Under the pieces are notes generated by a model. That model made no database searches. It was not told the origin of the DNA and saw only the letters and a list, made by a program, of their open reading frames with translations. A stretch of DNA of 53,400 nucleotides from Opitutales bacterium (GTDB lineage: Bacteria; Verrucomicrobiota; Verrucomicrobiia; Opitutales; UBA953), in the NCBI GenBank assembly GCA_044378215.1, contig JBILXR010000001.1, positions 1 through 53,400 on the forward strand, in the 5' to 3' direction. Of the stretch, positions 37,633 to 48,255 are shown piece after piece; position 1 is the stretch's first letter, and each line of letters begins with the position of its first letter. The position numbers and the translations under genes were made by a program.

Positions 37633-38511
37633 ATGTTCACCCCGACCTTCCCTCTCTCCGGACTGGCCGACGAAGCCGCTGACGACATCGACGGCCAGAT
37701 CGCGGCGCACCAGGCCCTCGGCTGGTCGGCCATCGAGCTGCGCCTCCTCAACGGCAAGCAGTTCTCCGGACCGGCCGTGAGCGACGACGACTTCAAGCGG
37801 GCCGTCGACAAGATCGAAGCCGCCGGCATGCGGGTCAGCAGCTACGCCTCCGCCATCGGCAACTGGAGCCGACCCATCACGGGCGACTTCGCCACCGACC
37901 TTGCCGACCTCAAGGTCCTGATCCCGCGCATGCAGCGCACCCGCACGAAGTTCGTGCGCACGATGAGCTGGGTCCGCGGCGACGTCTCCGAAGACGCCTG
38001 GCGCGACGAAGGCGTCCGCCGCTACCAGGAGATGGCCAAGCTCGCCGCCGACGGCGGCATCATGCTCCTGCACGAGAACTGCGAAGGCTGGGGCGGCCTG
38101 TCCGGCATGCACGCCCGCCGCTTCATCGAAAGCGTCGACCATCCCAGCGTCCGCTATCTCTTCGACATCGGCAACACGGTGTCCTACGGCCAGGAGACCA
38201 TGCCCTTCTACCGCGAGATCCTGCCTTACGTGGAATACGTCCACATCAAAGACTGCCGCCGTAATCCCGAGGGCGGCAAGAGCAGCGCGTTCACCTACGC
38301 CGGCGAAGGCGACGCGCTCGTCCGTGAGATCCTCACCGACCTCATCGCCCGCGGCTACAAGGCCGGCGTCTCCATCGAACCGCACGTGGCCAGCATCGTC
38401 CACCTCGGTGAAGGCACCAAAGCCTCCCCGCAGGAGCGTTTCGACTCCTACGTCCGCTACGGTAAGGGCCTCGAGAAGCTCCTCGCCGGCATCGGCGGCG
38501 GCGCGAAGTGA
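37633..38511 (+). CDS. Sugar phosphate isomerase/epimerase (xylose isomerase-like TIM barrel)
   Basis: Internal ATG at 37633; the track ORF from 37288 overlaps the divergent gene. LLHENCEGW, DIGN and VHIKD motifs. Confidence 0.75.
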   Translation: MFTPTFPLSGLADEAADDIDGQIAAHQALGWSAIELRLLNGKQFSGPAVSDDDFKRAVDKIEAAGMRVSSYASAIGNWSRPITGDFATDLADLKVLIPRMQRTRTKFVRTMSWVRGDVSEDAWRDEGVRRYQEMAKLAADGGIMLLHENCEGWGGLSGMHARRFIESVDHPSVRYLFDIGNTVSYGQETMPFYREILPYVEYVHIKDCRRNPEGGKSSAFTYAGEGDALVREILTDLIARGYKAGVSIEPHVASIVHLGEGTKASPQERFDSYVRYGKGLEKLLAGIGGGAK

Positions 38512-38553
38512 TTTGGCTGGCGCTCCGCCCCCGACCCCTCCTCCTTTCTGCGC

Positions 38554-39015
38554 ATGTCCTCCGAACCGACTCCTCCCTTCGACGGCCCCCAGCTGGGCGA
38601 CACGGTCGAAGGCCTCACGCTCATCGCGGTCGGCATCCGGGACACCTTCACCGAAGTCCTCCCCGCGCATCACGAGGCCTTCGCGCTGCTCAACGAATGG
38701 ATGAACGGCATCCGGCTGTATGAGCTCGAGGACGCCCTCGACCTCGACGCCAATTTCTGGGACGAACTCCTCGACTGCGACTACGAGGTCGGCGAAGGCG
38801 AGATCGACGGCGACCAACCCGGCGAGATGGTGACCATCTACGACGTCTGGGCCGACGCCCAGCAGACCGACGCCTGCCTCGACAAGCTCTGCGCCCGCCT
38901 CGAAGAACTCAAGGACATGGCCGTCGAAGTCCTACCTCCCGGCCTGCACAACGCCGCGAAGACGCACCAGTCGCCGACCGAGACGCTCAAGCTGATCGCG
39001 CAGCTAGCCGACTGA
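38554..39015 (+). CDS. Hypothetical acidic protein (153 aa)
   Basis: ORF only. Asp/Glu-rich with no recognised motif. Confidence 0.4.
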   Translation: MSSEPTPPFDGPQLGDTVEGLTLIAVGIRDTFTEVLPAHHEAFALLNEWMNGIRLYELEDALDLDANFWDELLDCDYEVGEGEIDGDQPGEMVTIYDVWADAQQTDACLDKLCARLEELKDMAVEVLPPGLHNAAKTHQSPTETLKLIAQLAD

Positions 39016-39053
39016 TCCGCAACTCCGGCGCCGCCCACGGGGTTTCCTTTAAG

Positions 39054-40472
39054 ATGAAGCTCCCCGCCATCCTGCTCACGCTGTTCGCCGCCCTCTGCTC
39101 GGGCGCCGACCGGCCTAACGTGCTCTTCATCATCGTCGACGACCTGACGACCACCCTCGGCAGCTACGGCGATCCGGCCGCCCGCACCCCGAACATGGAC
39201 GCGCTCGCGGCCCGCGGCGTCCGCTTCCAGCGGGCCTACACGCAATTCGCGCTCTGCAACCCTTCGCGCTGTTCGTTCCTCACGGGTTGCTACCCAGAGC
39301 GGACCAAGGTCTACGACCTGACGACCAGCCTACGCGTCGCCCTGCCTGACGTCGTGACTTTGCCGCAGGCTTTCAAGAATGCAGGTTACCTGTCCGGACG
39401 AATCGGCAAGGTCTTCCACGTCGCGGATCCGAAGACCAAACTGGACACCGAACTCGCCGCTCCGCTCGGACTGGATAACGCCATCCTCCGCGAGACCAAA
39501 CTCGCTCAAGAGGGCGAAGGAGACCTTTCCGACCCCGCCAAGACCAAGGGACGCAAGGACGCCACCTACAACAAGCCTTTCGGCCCCTCGAGTCATCCTG
39601 ACAAGGATTTCACCGACTACGCCGTGGCCGACCGGGCCATCGACACCCTCGAAGCCTGGCAGGGTAAGCCCTTCTTCCTCGCGGTGGGCTTCATCCGCCC
39701 CCACACGCCGTTCGTCGCCCCGAAGGCTTTCTTTGATGGCATCGACCGATCGAAGCTGACGCTCCCGCCCTTCTTCCAGGAGGGTGGCGAAAATCTCGCC
39801 CTCGTCCCTTCGGCGGCCCTGCGCCCTAACAATAATCTCTTCGCGCTCAAGCAGGCCGACAAGAAGGAGGCCCTCGACGCCCGCCATGCCTACGAAGCGT
39901 CGGCTTCCTGGACCGACGCGCAGATCGGCCGATTGCTGGCCAAGCTCAAAGCGCTCAAGCTCGAGGAGAACACGATCGTCGTGCTGACGGGTGACCATGG
40001 CTACCAGCTCGGCGAGCACGGCCTGTGGGCCAAGCAGACGCTCTTCGAAGGCAGCTGCCGCGTCCCGCTCATCATCACCGCCCCGGGCGTGAAACCGGCC
40101 GCAAGTCAGGCGCTGGTCGAACAGGTCGACATCTACCCCACCCTCACCGGCCTAGCCGGACTGCCCACGCCGGCGAGCGTGCAAGGCACGAGCCTGCAGC
40201 CGCTGCTCACGGACCCGACGGGCAAAGGGAAGGCGGTCGTCTTCAGTACGATGATCTCCAGCCACACCAAGCTGGTCGGCCATAGCGTCAGCACGGACCG
40301 TTTCCGTTATATCGAATGGGATGAAGGCCGCGGCGGACGTCAGCTCTACGACCACCAGACCGACCCGGATGAACTGCACAACCTCGCCGGCAATCCCAAT
40401 CAAGCCGACCGACTGAAGCGCATGCAGACGCGGCTGAGGGCGCACCTCGCCGCCGTCACGGCAGGCAAGTGA
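39054..40472 (+). CDS. Formylglycine-dependent sulfatase (iduronate-2-sulfatase-like)
   Basis: Signal peptide. FIIVDDL, the CNPSRCSFLTG (CxPSR) motif and LTGDHG. Confidence 0.9.
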   Translation: MKLPAILLTLFAALCSGADRPNVLFIIVDDLTTTLGSYGDPAARTPNMDALAARGVRFQRAYTQFALCNPSRCSFLTGCYPERTKVYDLTTSLRVALPDVVTLPQAFKNAGYLSGRIGKVFHVADPKTKLDTELAAPLGLDNAILRETKLAQEGEGDLSDPAKTKGRKDATYNKPFGPSSHPDKDFTDYAVADRAIDTLEAWQGKPFFLAVGFIRPHTPFVAPKAFFDGIDRSKLTLPPFFQEGGENLALVPSAALRPNNNLFALKQADKKEALDARHAYEASASWTDAQIGRLLAKLKALKLEENTIVVLTGDHGYQLGEHGLWAKQTLFEGSCRVPLIITAPGVKPAASQALVEQVDIYPTLTGLAGLPTPASVQGTSLQPLLTDPTGKGKAVVFSTMISSHTKLVGHSVSTDRFRYIEWDEGRGGRQLYDHQTDPDELHNLAGNPNQADRLKRMQTRLRAHLAAVTAGK

Positions 40473-40478
40473 GGACCG

Positions 40479-41330
40479 TCATCGGCTCAGGTGCTTGGCG
40501 AGGAAGGATCGGATGAGGACCCGAGACTCCTCCGAATCGAACTCCTTGCCGCCGTGCCCGGCGCCGGGAATCAGCTTCAAGGTCGATTCGACGCCGGCGG
40601 CCTTCAGGGCCGCGTGCAGGCGTTCGCTCTGATCGGCAGGCACGCCGGGGTCCTCCATCCCATGCATGATCAGGAACGGGACGTCGTCCTTGGAAACCTG
40701 GTGCAAGGCGCTGACGGACTTGGCCTTCTCCGGCTGGTCCATGACGATGCCGCCGAGCAACAGGGCGCCGTTGGCTTTGGCGAGGTCGGCGCGGGTGCGC
40801 TTTTCCGAAAGCACGTTGGGCGGCATCGTCAGTAGGTCGGTCGGACCGTACAGGTCCACCACGGCCTTCACCTTATCTTCCGCGGGCAAAGGCAGGGTGC
40901 CCCAAAGGGCGACCACGTGGCCGCCGGACGAACCGCCCATCGCGGCGGAACGCTCGGCGTCGAAGCCGTATTTTCCGGACTCTTGGCGCAACCAGCGGAG
41001 CGCCGCGACCGGATCCTCGATCTGGGCCGGCCACGGATGCTCAGGCAGCAGGCGAAAATCCAGGCTCGCGACGGCGTACCCCTTGGTCGCCAACCAAGCC
41101 GCGGGACAATTCGCCTTGGAACCGTTCCTCCAGCCTCCGCCATGTACCCAGATGACCAACGGCATGGGCGTGGAGGGCTTGGCCGACGGACGGTAGAGAT
41201 CCAACTTAAGGCTGACCCCCTTGACCTGCGCGTATTCAAGATCGCGCAGCACCTCGACCCCCTCCGGCACCTTGGTGCCAGCCCCATAGGCCGCAACCGC
41301 GAGCAGACCGACGGCGAACACGGCCCTCAT
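40479..41330 (-). CDS. Secreted alpha/beta hydrolase (esterase/lipase-like)
   Basis: Signal peptide. VWVHGGGW oxyanion motif and MGGSSGGH nucleophile elbow. ATGA overlap with the upstream sulfatase stop. Confidence 0.8.
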   Translation of the reverse strand: MRAVFAVGLLAVAAYGAGTKVPEGVEVLRDLEYAQVKGVSLKLDLYRPSAKPSTPMPLVIWVHGGGWRNGSKANCPAAWLATKGYAVASLDFRLLPEHPWPAQIEDPVAALRWLRQESGKYGFDAERSAAMGGSSGGHVVALWGTLPLPAEDKVKAVVDLYGPTDLLTMPPNVLSEKRTRADLAKANGALLLGGIVMDQPEKAKSVSALHQVSKDDVPFLIMHGMEDPGVPADQSERLHAALKAAGVESTLKLIPGAGHGGKEFDSEESRVLIRSFLAKHLSR

Positions 41331-42871
41331 TTTTTCTTGGCCTTGGTTTTGGCTTTGCCGGCAGGGCTCTTCTTGATGAGCTGGACCTCGACGTCGTTCG
41401 CGAGATCAGGACCCGGCGTGCTCCGTCCGCGGGCGATGAGCTTCTCGAGCTCGGCCTTCATCGCCGCGACGCGCTCGGGAAACTCGGCCTGAAGGTTCTT
41501 ACGCTCACCGGGATCCTTCGAAAGGTCGTAGAGCTGCACCGGCGGCAGACCCGCTTCTTCGGGACCCGGCTTGGGCGAGCTCCAACCGGCGGAACCGGCG
41601 CTGAGCAGCAGTTTCCACTGACCGTCACGGATCGCGAAGCTACCGTTGATCGACTGGCTCACGATGCCTTGGCGAACCGCAGGCTTATCACCACGCAAGA
41701 CCGGCAGGAAGCTCACGCTATCTTCCGCCATCGTAGCCGGAACGCTCGCGCCGGTGATCTCGGCGAACGTGGCCAAGAAATCGATCTGGCCGACCAGGGC
41801 ATTGCTCACACCGGACTTCACCTGGGCGGGCCAGCGCACGAGGAAAGGCACGCGGTGCCCGCCCTCGTAAAGGTCGGCCTTGTGTCCGCGGTAGATGTGG
41901 TTGGGTTCATGGCCGGCCTTCTGCAGCGTGGGAATATCGGCCGCGGGCGAACAGCCGTTATCTGAAGTAAAAATCACCAAGGTGTTTTCGGTCAGGCCCT
42001 GCTTCTCCAGCGCAGCCAGCAGCCGGCCGACGTCATGGTCGACCTGCTTCACGAAGTCGGCGTAAGGACTGATGCCGCTGGAACCTTGGAACTCCTTGGT
42101 CGGCACGATCGGCGTGTGCGGGGCGTTCAGCGGCACATAGGCGAAGAACGGTTTGGTCGGGTCGGCCTTCCGCTGTGACTCGATGAAGGCGATGGTCTGA
42201 TCGATGACCGAAGGCATCACGTCGACGGCTTCGAACTTGGGTCCGGCCGGACCGGAACGCAGCCAGGTCTTGGTCGCGCTCGGGATCTCCGTCACGCGCC
42301 GGTCCTTGATCCAGACGAACGGCGGCATGTCGAGCGAGGCGCTGATACCGAAGTAAGTGTCGAAACCATGCTCCAAGGGGCCATCCACGATATCGCGTCC
42401 GTAGTCGACCGAGGCCGCGTCCTGGAAAGCCTTGCTGTAGTTGCCGCCGTCGTCGGCGATGCCGCCGTTCTTCAGCGGGAAACTCATACCAAGATGCCAC
42501 TTGCCGAAACACCCCGTCGCATAGCCCTGCTGCTTCAGGAGGCCGGCGAGGGTGAGACGGTCTTTCGCGATCAGCGGGGTCGAGAAGCCTCCGAGCACGC
42601 CGGACTGGAGTTTGGTGCGCCAGTGGTAGCGACCGGTCAGCAGGCTATAACGGGTCGGCGTGCAGACGCCCGAAGACGTATGGCCGTCCGTGAAACGGAC
42701 GCCGCCTTTGGCCAAGGCATCCAGCTGCGGGGTCGCGATCTTGCTCTGCGGGTTGTTGGCGCCGAGGTCACCGAAGCCTTGGTCGTCGGCCAGGATGACG
42801 ATGATGTTAGGCCGATCGGCGGCGACCAGGGCCAGGGTCATTAGCCAACCACAAAGAAAAGGGAAGCGCAT
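41327..42871 (-). CDS. Arylsulfatase (formylglycine-dependent)
   Basis: Signal peptide. ILADDQGFGD, CTPTRYSLLTG (CxPxR) and FTSDNG motifs. Confidence 0.9.
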   Translation of the reverse strand: MRFPFLCGWLMTLALVAADRPNIIVILADDQGFGDLGANNPQSKIATPQLDALAKGGVRFTDGHTSSGVCTPTRYSLLTGRYHWRTKLQSGVLGGFSTPLIAKDRLTLAGLLKQQGYATGCFGKWHLGMSFPLKNGGIADDGGNYSKAFQDAASVDYGRDIVDGPLEHGFDTYFGISASLDMPPFVWIKDRRVTEIPSATKTWLRSGPAGPKFEAVDVMPSVIDQTIAFIESQRKADPTKPFFAYVPLNAPHTPIVPTKEFQGSSGISPYADFVKQVDHDVGRLLAALEKQGLTENTLVIFTSDNGCSPAADIPTLQKAGHEPNHIYRGHKADLYEGGHRVPFLVRWPAQVKSGVSNALVGQIDFLATFAEITGASVPATMAEDSVSFLPVLRGDKPAVRQGIVSQSINGSFAIRDGQWKLLLSAGSAGWSSPKPGPEEAGLPPVQLYDLSKDPGERKNLQAEFPERVAAMKAELEKLIARGRSTPGPDLANDVEVQLIKKSPAGKAKTKAKKK

Positions 42872-42977
42872 GGTGGGGTGACAGCTTCCTAGGGGACGGG
42901 TTCCCGTTCCGCAACCCTCGCTTCGACCCTATCTTGTTTGCCTCCGGCCAGCCCCTCCCCTATCCCCTGACCTCTCT

Positions 42978-44567
42978 ATGTCGTCCCTCCTCGGCTTCTC
43001 TTTCATCGGCTTCGCCCGCGGCAAGTCCCGCACCGCGCCCTACCGCTCCGTCAACCCGGCCACCGCCGGCGCCCTCGAGCCAGACTTCTTCCCCGCCACC
43101 GCGTCCGAGGCGGACCAGGCCTGCGTCCTGGCCGACCAGGCCACCCCGGTGCTCGCCGGACTTTCCGGCCAGAAGAAAGCCGCGTTCCTCCGCGACATCG
43201 CCACCCGGATCGAAGCCGCCACGCCCGCCCTCGTCGCCCGCGCGACGCAGGAGACCGGCCTCCCCGAAGCCCGCTGCCAGGGTGAGATCGGACGCACGAT
43301 GGGCCAGCTGCGACTCTTCGCCGACCTCGTCGAGAAAGGCGACTGGATCGACGCCCGCATCGAGACCGCCAACCCGGACCGCAAGCCGTTGCCCAAGCCC
43401 GACCACCGCTCGCTGCTCCGTCCCGTCGGCCCCGTCGCCGTCTTCTGCGCTAGCAACTTCCCCTTCGCCTACTCCGTCGCCGGCGGCGACACCGCTTCGG
43501 CGTTCGCCGCGGGCTGCCCCGTCATCGTGATGGCCCACCACGCGCACGTCGGCACGGCTGAGATCATGGGCGGCCTCATCGTCGAAGCCGTCAAGGCCGC
43601 TGGTCTCCCGGAAGGCACGTTCTCTCTCTTAATGGGCGAAGGACGCGTCATCGGCCAGCAGGTCGCCAAGCACCCGGCCCTCCGCGCCATCGGCTTCACC
43701 GGCTCCCGCGTGGGCGGTCGCGCCCTGATGGACTCCGCCGCCGCGCGTCCTACGCCGATCCCGGTCTACGCCGAGATGAGCAGCGTCAACCCCGTCTTCC
43801 TGCTCGAAGGCGCCCTCGCCGCCCGCGGCGAAGCCATCGCCACCGGCCTCGTCGGTTCCTGCACGCTGGGCGTCGGTCAGTTCTGCACCCAACCCGGCCT
43901 GATCGTCCTGACCCGTTCCGCCGCCGCCGAAACCTTCGTCGCCAAGCTCTCCGCGCTCTTCACGGAATGCGCGGACGGCGTCATGCTCACCGCCGGCATC
44001 CATCAGGCTTACCAGAAGGGTCTCGCCGCCCGCACCGCCCAGAGCGGCGTCAAGGTGATCGCCCAAGGCAAGTCCAGCGGCCAGCCCAACCGCGCGGTCG
44101 CCACGCTCTTCGCGACCGAAGCCAAGACCTTCGTCGCCGACGCCTCCCTGCAGGAAGAAATCTTCGGACCGAGCTCGCTCGTCATCTGGTGCGCCGATCA
44201 GCGCGAAGTCGACTCCGTCCTCGGCGCCCTGCACGGCAACCTGACCGCGACCGTCCACGGCACCGACGCCGAGCTCGCGCAGCACGCGGCGCTGATCGCC
44301 CGTCTCGAAGCCGCCGCCGGCCGTGTCGTCATCAACGGCTTCCCCACCGGCGTCGAAGTCTCGCACGCCATCGTGCACGGCGGACCTTACCCGTCGCTCT
44401 CGGACGGACGCACCACCTCCGTCGGCTCCAACGCCATCTACCGCTTCACCCGTCTGGTCTGCTTCCAGAACTATCCGGACGCCGCCCTGCCGGCCGAACT
44501 GCGCAACGCCAATCCCCTCGGCCTCTCCCGCCTCGTCAACGGCACCCGCACGAATTCTGCGATCTGA
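42978..44567 (+). CDS. Aldehyde dehydrogenase, alpha-ketoglutaric semialdehyde (2,5-dioxovalerate) dehydrogenase-like
   Basis: ALDH-superfamily length and blocks (FTGS, EEIFGP). Sits directly upstream of kdgD, a transporter and gudD. Confidence 0.75.
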   Translation: MSSLLGFSFIGFARGKSRTAPYRSVNPATAGALEPDFFPATASEADQACVLADQATPVLAGLSGQKKAAFLRDIATRIEAATPALVARATQETGLPEARCQGEIGRTMGQLRLFADLVEKGDWIDARIETANPDRKPLPKPDHRSLLRPVGPVAVFCASNFPFAYSVAGGDTASAFAAGCPVIVMAHHAHVGTAEIMGGLIVEAVKAAGLPEGTFSLLMGEGRVIGQQVAKHPALRAIGFTGSRVGGRALMDSAAARPTPIPVYAEMSSVNPVFLLEGALAARGEAIATGLVGSCTLGVGQFCTQPGLIVLTRSAAAETFVAKLSALFTECADGVMLTAGIHQAYQKGLAARTAQSGVKVIAQGKSSGQPNRAVATLFATEAKTFVADASLQEEIFGPSSLVIWCADQREVDSVLGALHGNLTATVHGTDAELAQHAALIARLEAAAGRVVINGFPTGVEVSHAIVHGGPYPSLSDGRTTSVGSNAIYRFTRLVCFQNYPDAALPAELRNANPLGLSRLVNGTRTNSAI

Positions 44568-44570
44568 CCT

Positions 44571-44616
44571 AACCGCCAACCGCGTCCTAGCCGCCAACCG
44601 CTAACCGCTTACCGCT
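44571..44616 (+). repeat. Tandem heptamer array (AACCGCC AACCGCG ... AACCGCT AACCGCT TACCGCT)
   Basis: Read directly in the 56-nt spacer between the ALDH stop and the kdgD start. The 12-mer CCGCCAACCGCT recurs at 51367-51378 and as its reverse complement at 51253-51264. Confidence 0.8.
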
Positions 44617-44623
44617 TCCCTCC

Positions 44624-45535
44624 ATGTCCCCTCTCGAACTACAGAAGGTCCTCTCCTCCGGCCTGCTCTCCTTCCCGATCACCGACTTCCAGGCCAACGG
44701 CGACTTCGACGCCACCGGCTATGCCAAGCGCCTGCAGTGGCTCGCGCCCTACGGCGCCACCGCGCTCTTCGCCGCGGGCGGCACGGGTGAGTTCTTCTCC
44801 CTCGAACCCAAGGAATACTCCGCCGTCATCAAGACCGCGGTCGATACCTGCGACGGACTCGTCCCGATCCTCGCCGGCGCGGGCGGCCCGACCCGCGTGG
44901 CCATCCAATACGCCCAGGAAGCCGAGCGCCTCGGCGCCAAGGGCATACTCCTCCTGCCGCACTACCTGACCGAGACGAACCAGGAAGGCGTCGCCGCGCA
45001 CGTCGACCAGGTCTGCAAGTCCGTCCAGATCGGCGTCGTCGTCTACAACCGCAACGTCTGCCGACTCCAGCCGCACCACCTCGAGAAGCTCGCCGCGGGC
45101 AACCCTAACCTCATCGGTTACAAGGACGGCTTCGGCGACATCGAGCTCATGGTCTCGATCCGCCGCCGCATGGGCGACCGTTTCAGCTACCTCGGCGGCC
45201 TCCCGACCGCCGAAGTCTACGCCGCGGCCTACAAGGCCATGGGCGTGCCGGTCTACTCTTCCGCCGTCTTCAACTTCATCCCGCAGGCTGCGATGGATTT
45301 CTACCACGCCGTCGCGAAGGACGACCATGCGACGCAGAACCGCCTGCTCGACACCTTCTTCCTGCCTTACCTCGAGATCCGCAACAAGAGCGCCGGTTAC
45401 GCCGTCAGCATCATCAAGGCCGGCGCCACGATCGTCGGCCACGGCGCGGGCCCCGTGCGCGCCCCGCTGACGGACCTCAAGCCCGCGGAGGTCGAGCAGC
45501 TCGCCGCCCTCATCGCCAAGGCCGGCGTCAAGTAA
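44624..45535 (+). CDS. kdgD: 5-dehydro-4-deoxyglucarate dehydratase
   Basis: DapA-family protein with an N-terminal [11 protein letters not shown] and GGTGEFFSL, typical of KdgD. Glucarate operon context. Confidence 0.85.
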   Translation: MSPLELQKVLSSGLLSFPITDFQANGDFDATGYAKRLQWLAPYGATALFAAGGTGEFFSLEPKEYSAVIKTAVDTCDGLVPILAGAGGPTRVAIQYAQEAERLGAKGILLLPHYLTETNQEGVAAHVDQVCKSVQIGVVVYNRNVCRLQPHHLEKLAAGNPNLIGYKDGFGDIELMVSIRRRMGDRFSYLGGLPTAEVYAAAYKAMGVPVYSSAVFNFIPQAAMDFYHAVAKDDHATQNRLLDTFFLPYLEIRNKSAGYAVSIIKAGATIVGHGAGPVRAPLTDLKPAEVEQLAALIAKAGVK

Positions 45536-45541
45536 GCCGGC

Positions 45542-46834
45542 ATGCGCGCGTTCGCCGGAGCATCAGAGGACCATCTCGGCGCCGCCGTCGCCAAGGTGAA
45601 GCAGCGCGTGCTGCCGCTGTTCATCCTGATGTTCATCGTGAACTATCTGGACCGGGTGAACGTCGGTTTCATCCAACAGCACCTCCGCACCGACCTCGGG
45701 CTCGACAGCGCCGCTTACGGGCTGGGCGCCGGCCTGTTCTTCATCGGCTACGCGATCTTCGAAGTGCCCTCCAACCTGCTGCTGCAGAAGTTCGGCGCCC
45801 GCCTCTGGCTCACGCGCATCACCATCACCTGGGGCGTCGTGGCCTCGCTGATGGCCTTCGCCCGGACCGAGAATGAATTCTACGTCCTGCGTTTCGCGCT
45901 GGGAGCCGCGGAGGCCGGCTTCTTCCCGGGCGTCATCTACTACTTCACCCGCTGGCTGCCTTCGGCCGAACGCGGCAAGGCCATCGCCTTGTTCCTCAGC
46001 GGCTCGGCCATCGCCTCGATCCTTTCCGGCCCGCTCTCCGGCGCGCTCATGCAGACCTCGCTGCTCGGCCTCAAAGGCTGGCAGAGCATGCTCTTCGTCG
46101 AGGGCCTCTTCTCCGTCGTCATCGGCGTCGGGGCCTGGTTCTGGCTCGATTCCCTGCCGCGGGACGCCCGCTGGCTTTCCGCCGAACAAAAGCAGGCCTT
46201 GGAGACGACCATCGAGGCCGAGCAGCGTGAACGTGAGGCCAGCCAGACCCAACGACCTGGCATCCTCAGACTGCTCCGCGACCCGCAGATCGTGCTCTTC
46301 TGCGTCATCTACTTCGCCATCCAGCTGACGATCTACGCCGCGACCTTCTGGCTGCCCAGCATCATCCGGAAGATGGGTGACCTCACCGACTTACAGGTCG
46401 GCTTCCTGAACTCGGTGCCTTGGACGATCTCCATCGTGGGCATGTATCTCGCCGCCGCCGGCGCGGCTCGCTGGAAACGTCCGCAGCTCTGGGTGGCCGG
46501 CGCGCTCGCCATCGCGGCGACGGGCATGTTTCTTTCGACGACCGGCGGACCGATCTTCGCCTTCGTAGCCATCTGCTTCGCGGCGCTCGGCTTCAAATCG
46601 GCCTCCTCGCTCTTCTGGCCCATCCCGCAGGGTTATCTCGACGCGCGCATCGCCGCGGCGGTCATCGCGCTGATCAATTCCTTGGGCAATCTCGGCGGCT
46701 TCGTGGCCCCGACGGTCTTCGGCCAGCTCGAAAAAGCCACCGGCTCGGTCCAATACGGCCTCTACGGACTCGCCGTCGCCTCGGTACTGGCCGCCGGCCT
46801 CGTCTTCCTCGCCCGGACCAAGCCCCAAGCCTGA
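45542..46834 (+). CDS. MFS transporter (ACS family, glucarate/galactarate-type)
   Basis: About 12 hydrophobic segments and an N-terminal [10 protein letters not shown] motif. Operon context. Confidence 0.8.
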   Translation: MRAFAGASEDHLGAAVAKVKQRVLPLFILMFIVNYLDRVNVGFIQQHLRTDLGLDSAAYGLGAGLFFIGYAIFEVPSNLLLQKFGARLWLTRITITWGVVASLMAFARTENEFYVLRFALGAAEAGFFPGVIYYFTRWLPSAERGKAIALFLSGSAIASILSGPLSGALMQTSLLGLKGWQSMLFVEGLFSVVIGVGAWFWLDSLPRDARWLSAEQKQALETTIEAEQREREASQTQRPGILRLLRDPQIVLFCVIYFAIQLTIYAATFWLPSIIRKMGDLTDLQVGFLNSVPWTISIVGMYLAAAGAARWKRPQLWVAGALAIAATGMFLSTTGGPIFAFVAICFAALGFKSASSLFWPIPQGYLDARIAAAVIALINSLGNLGGFVAPTVFGQLEKATGSVQYGLYGLAVASVLAAGLVFLARTKPQA

Positions 46835-46881
46835 TTTTCTTCGTATCCTCCTGCCCTCTTGTCCTCCCGCCCTCGCCTCTG

Positions 46882-48207
46882 ATGTCCTCTCCCCTCATCC
46901 AATCCGTCCGTGTCGTGCCCGTCGCCGGTCATGACAGCATGCTGCTCAACCTCAGCGGCGCGCATGGTCCGTTCTTCACGCGCAACATCGTCCTGATCAC
47001 CGATAACTCCGGACGCACCGGCCTGGGCGAAGTTCCCGGCGGCGAGAAGATCCGCCAGACCGTCGAAGACGCCGCGCCCTTGCTCATCGGCAAGGAAATC
47101 GCCGGTTACGAGCAACTGCTGAGCGCCGTAAGTGCAGCCTTCTCCGATCGCGACGCCGGTGGGCGCGGCCTGCAGACCTTCGACCTGCGCGTGACCATCC
47201 ACGCCGTCACGGCGATCGAATCCGCCCTGCTCGACCTCCTCGGCCAGTTCCAAGGCAAGCCTGTCGCCGCCCTGCTCGGCAAAGGCCAGCAGCGCTCCGA
47301 AGTCGAGATGCTCGGCTACCTGTTCTTCATCGGCGACCGCCGCAAGACGACCCTAGGCTACCGCGACGAGGCCGGCTCCGCGCACGCTTGGCATCGCCTC
47401 CGCAACGAGGAAGCCCTCACGCCGGAGAGCATCGTGCGTCAGGCCGAGGCCGCGCAGGAACGTTTCGGCTTCCAAGACTTCAAACTCAAGGGTGGCGTCC
47501 TCAGCCCCGCGCGCGAGATCGAAGCCGTCCGCGCCCTCGCCACCCGCTTCCCGCAGGCCCGCATCACGCTCGACCCCAACGGCGCGTGGCTTCTCAAAGA
47601 AGCCATCGAAGTCTGCCAGAACCTCAAGGGCGTGCTCGCTTACGCCGAGGATCCGTGCGGTGCCGAAGCCGGCTTCTCCGGCCGCGAGATCATGGCGGAA
47701 TTCAAGCAGGCCACCGGCCTCCGCACCGCCACGAACATGGTCGCGACCGACTGGCGTCAGCTCGACCACGCCCTGAAACTGCAGGCAGTCGATATCCCGC
47801 TCGCCGACCCGCATTTCTGGACCATGCAAGGCTCGGTCCAGGTCGCGCAGGTCTGTCAGGAACGCGGCCTCACCTGGGGTTCTCACTCCAACAACCACTT
47901 CGACATCTCCCTCGCGATGTTCACGCACGTCGGCGCCGCCGCGCCGGGCGACGTCACCGCGATGGACACGCATTGGATCTGGCAGGAAGGCCAGCGCCTC
48001 ACGAAGGAGCCTCTGCAGATCAAGGGAGGTAAGATCGCCGTCCCGCAGAAGCCCGGCCTCGGTATCGAGATCGACCCGGCCCAGCTCGAGGCCGCTCATC
48101 AGCTTTACCTGAAGCTGCCGTCCGGCTCGCGCGACGATGCGGTCGCAATGCAATTCCTGATACCCGGCTGGAAATTCGACCCGAAGAAGCCCTGTCTGGT
48201 GCGCTGA
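46882..48207 (+). CDS. gudD: Glucarate dehydratase
   Basis: Internal ATG at 46882 ([28 protein letters not shown]). An enolase-superfamily protein of 441 aa. The track ORF from 46420 overlaps the transporter. Confidence 0.88.
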   Translation: MSSPLIQSVRVVPVAGHDSMLLNLSGAHGPFFTRNIVLITDNSGRTGLGEVPGGEKIRQTVEDAAPLLIGKEIAGYEQLLSAVSAAFSDRDAGGRGLQTFDLRVTIHAVTAIESALLDLLGQFQGKPVAALLGKGQQRSEVEMLGYLFFIGDRRKTTLGYRDEAGSAHAWHRLRNEEALTPESIVRQAEAAQERFGFQDFKLKGGVLSPAREIEAVRALATRFPQARITLDPNGAWLLKEAIEVCQNLKGVLAYAEDPCGAEAGFSGREIMAEFKQATGLRTATNMVATDWRQLDHALKLQAVDIPLADPHFWTMQGSVQVAQVCQERGLTWGSHSNNHFDISLAMFTHVGAAAPGDVTAMDTHWIWQEGQRLTKEPLQIKGGKIAVPQKPGLGIEIDPAQLEAAHQLYLKLPSGSRDDAVAMQFLIPGWKFDPKKPCLVR

Positions 48208-48230
48208 AGCGGATTAAGCGGTAGCCAACC
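48208..48230 (+). repeat. Degenerate copy of the heptamer repeat family (reverse orientation)
   Basis: AGCGGATTAAGCGGTAGCCAACC lies immediately after the gudD stop. Compare AGCGGATAGCGGTTGGC at 51267-51283. Confidence 0.5.
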
Positions 48231-48255
48231 TCCGGACCTGGGCTAAGGTGGGCCC

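Noticed and set aside
37495-38817. N-terminal 441 codons of the 971-aa track ORF 35902-38817 (minus), and likewise the N-terminal 290 codons of 26882-29239 (minus).
   Set aside because: In both cases a clean signal peptide follows an internal ATG (37494 and 28369). The upstream part is low-complexity and overlaps well-supported plus-strand genes (the sugar-phosphate isomerase and the repeat protein).
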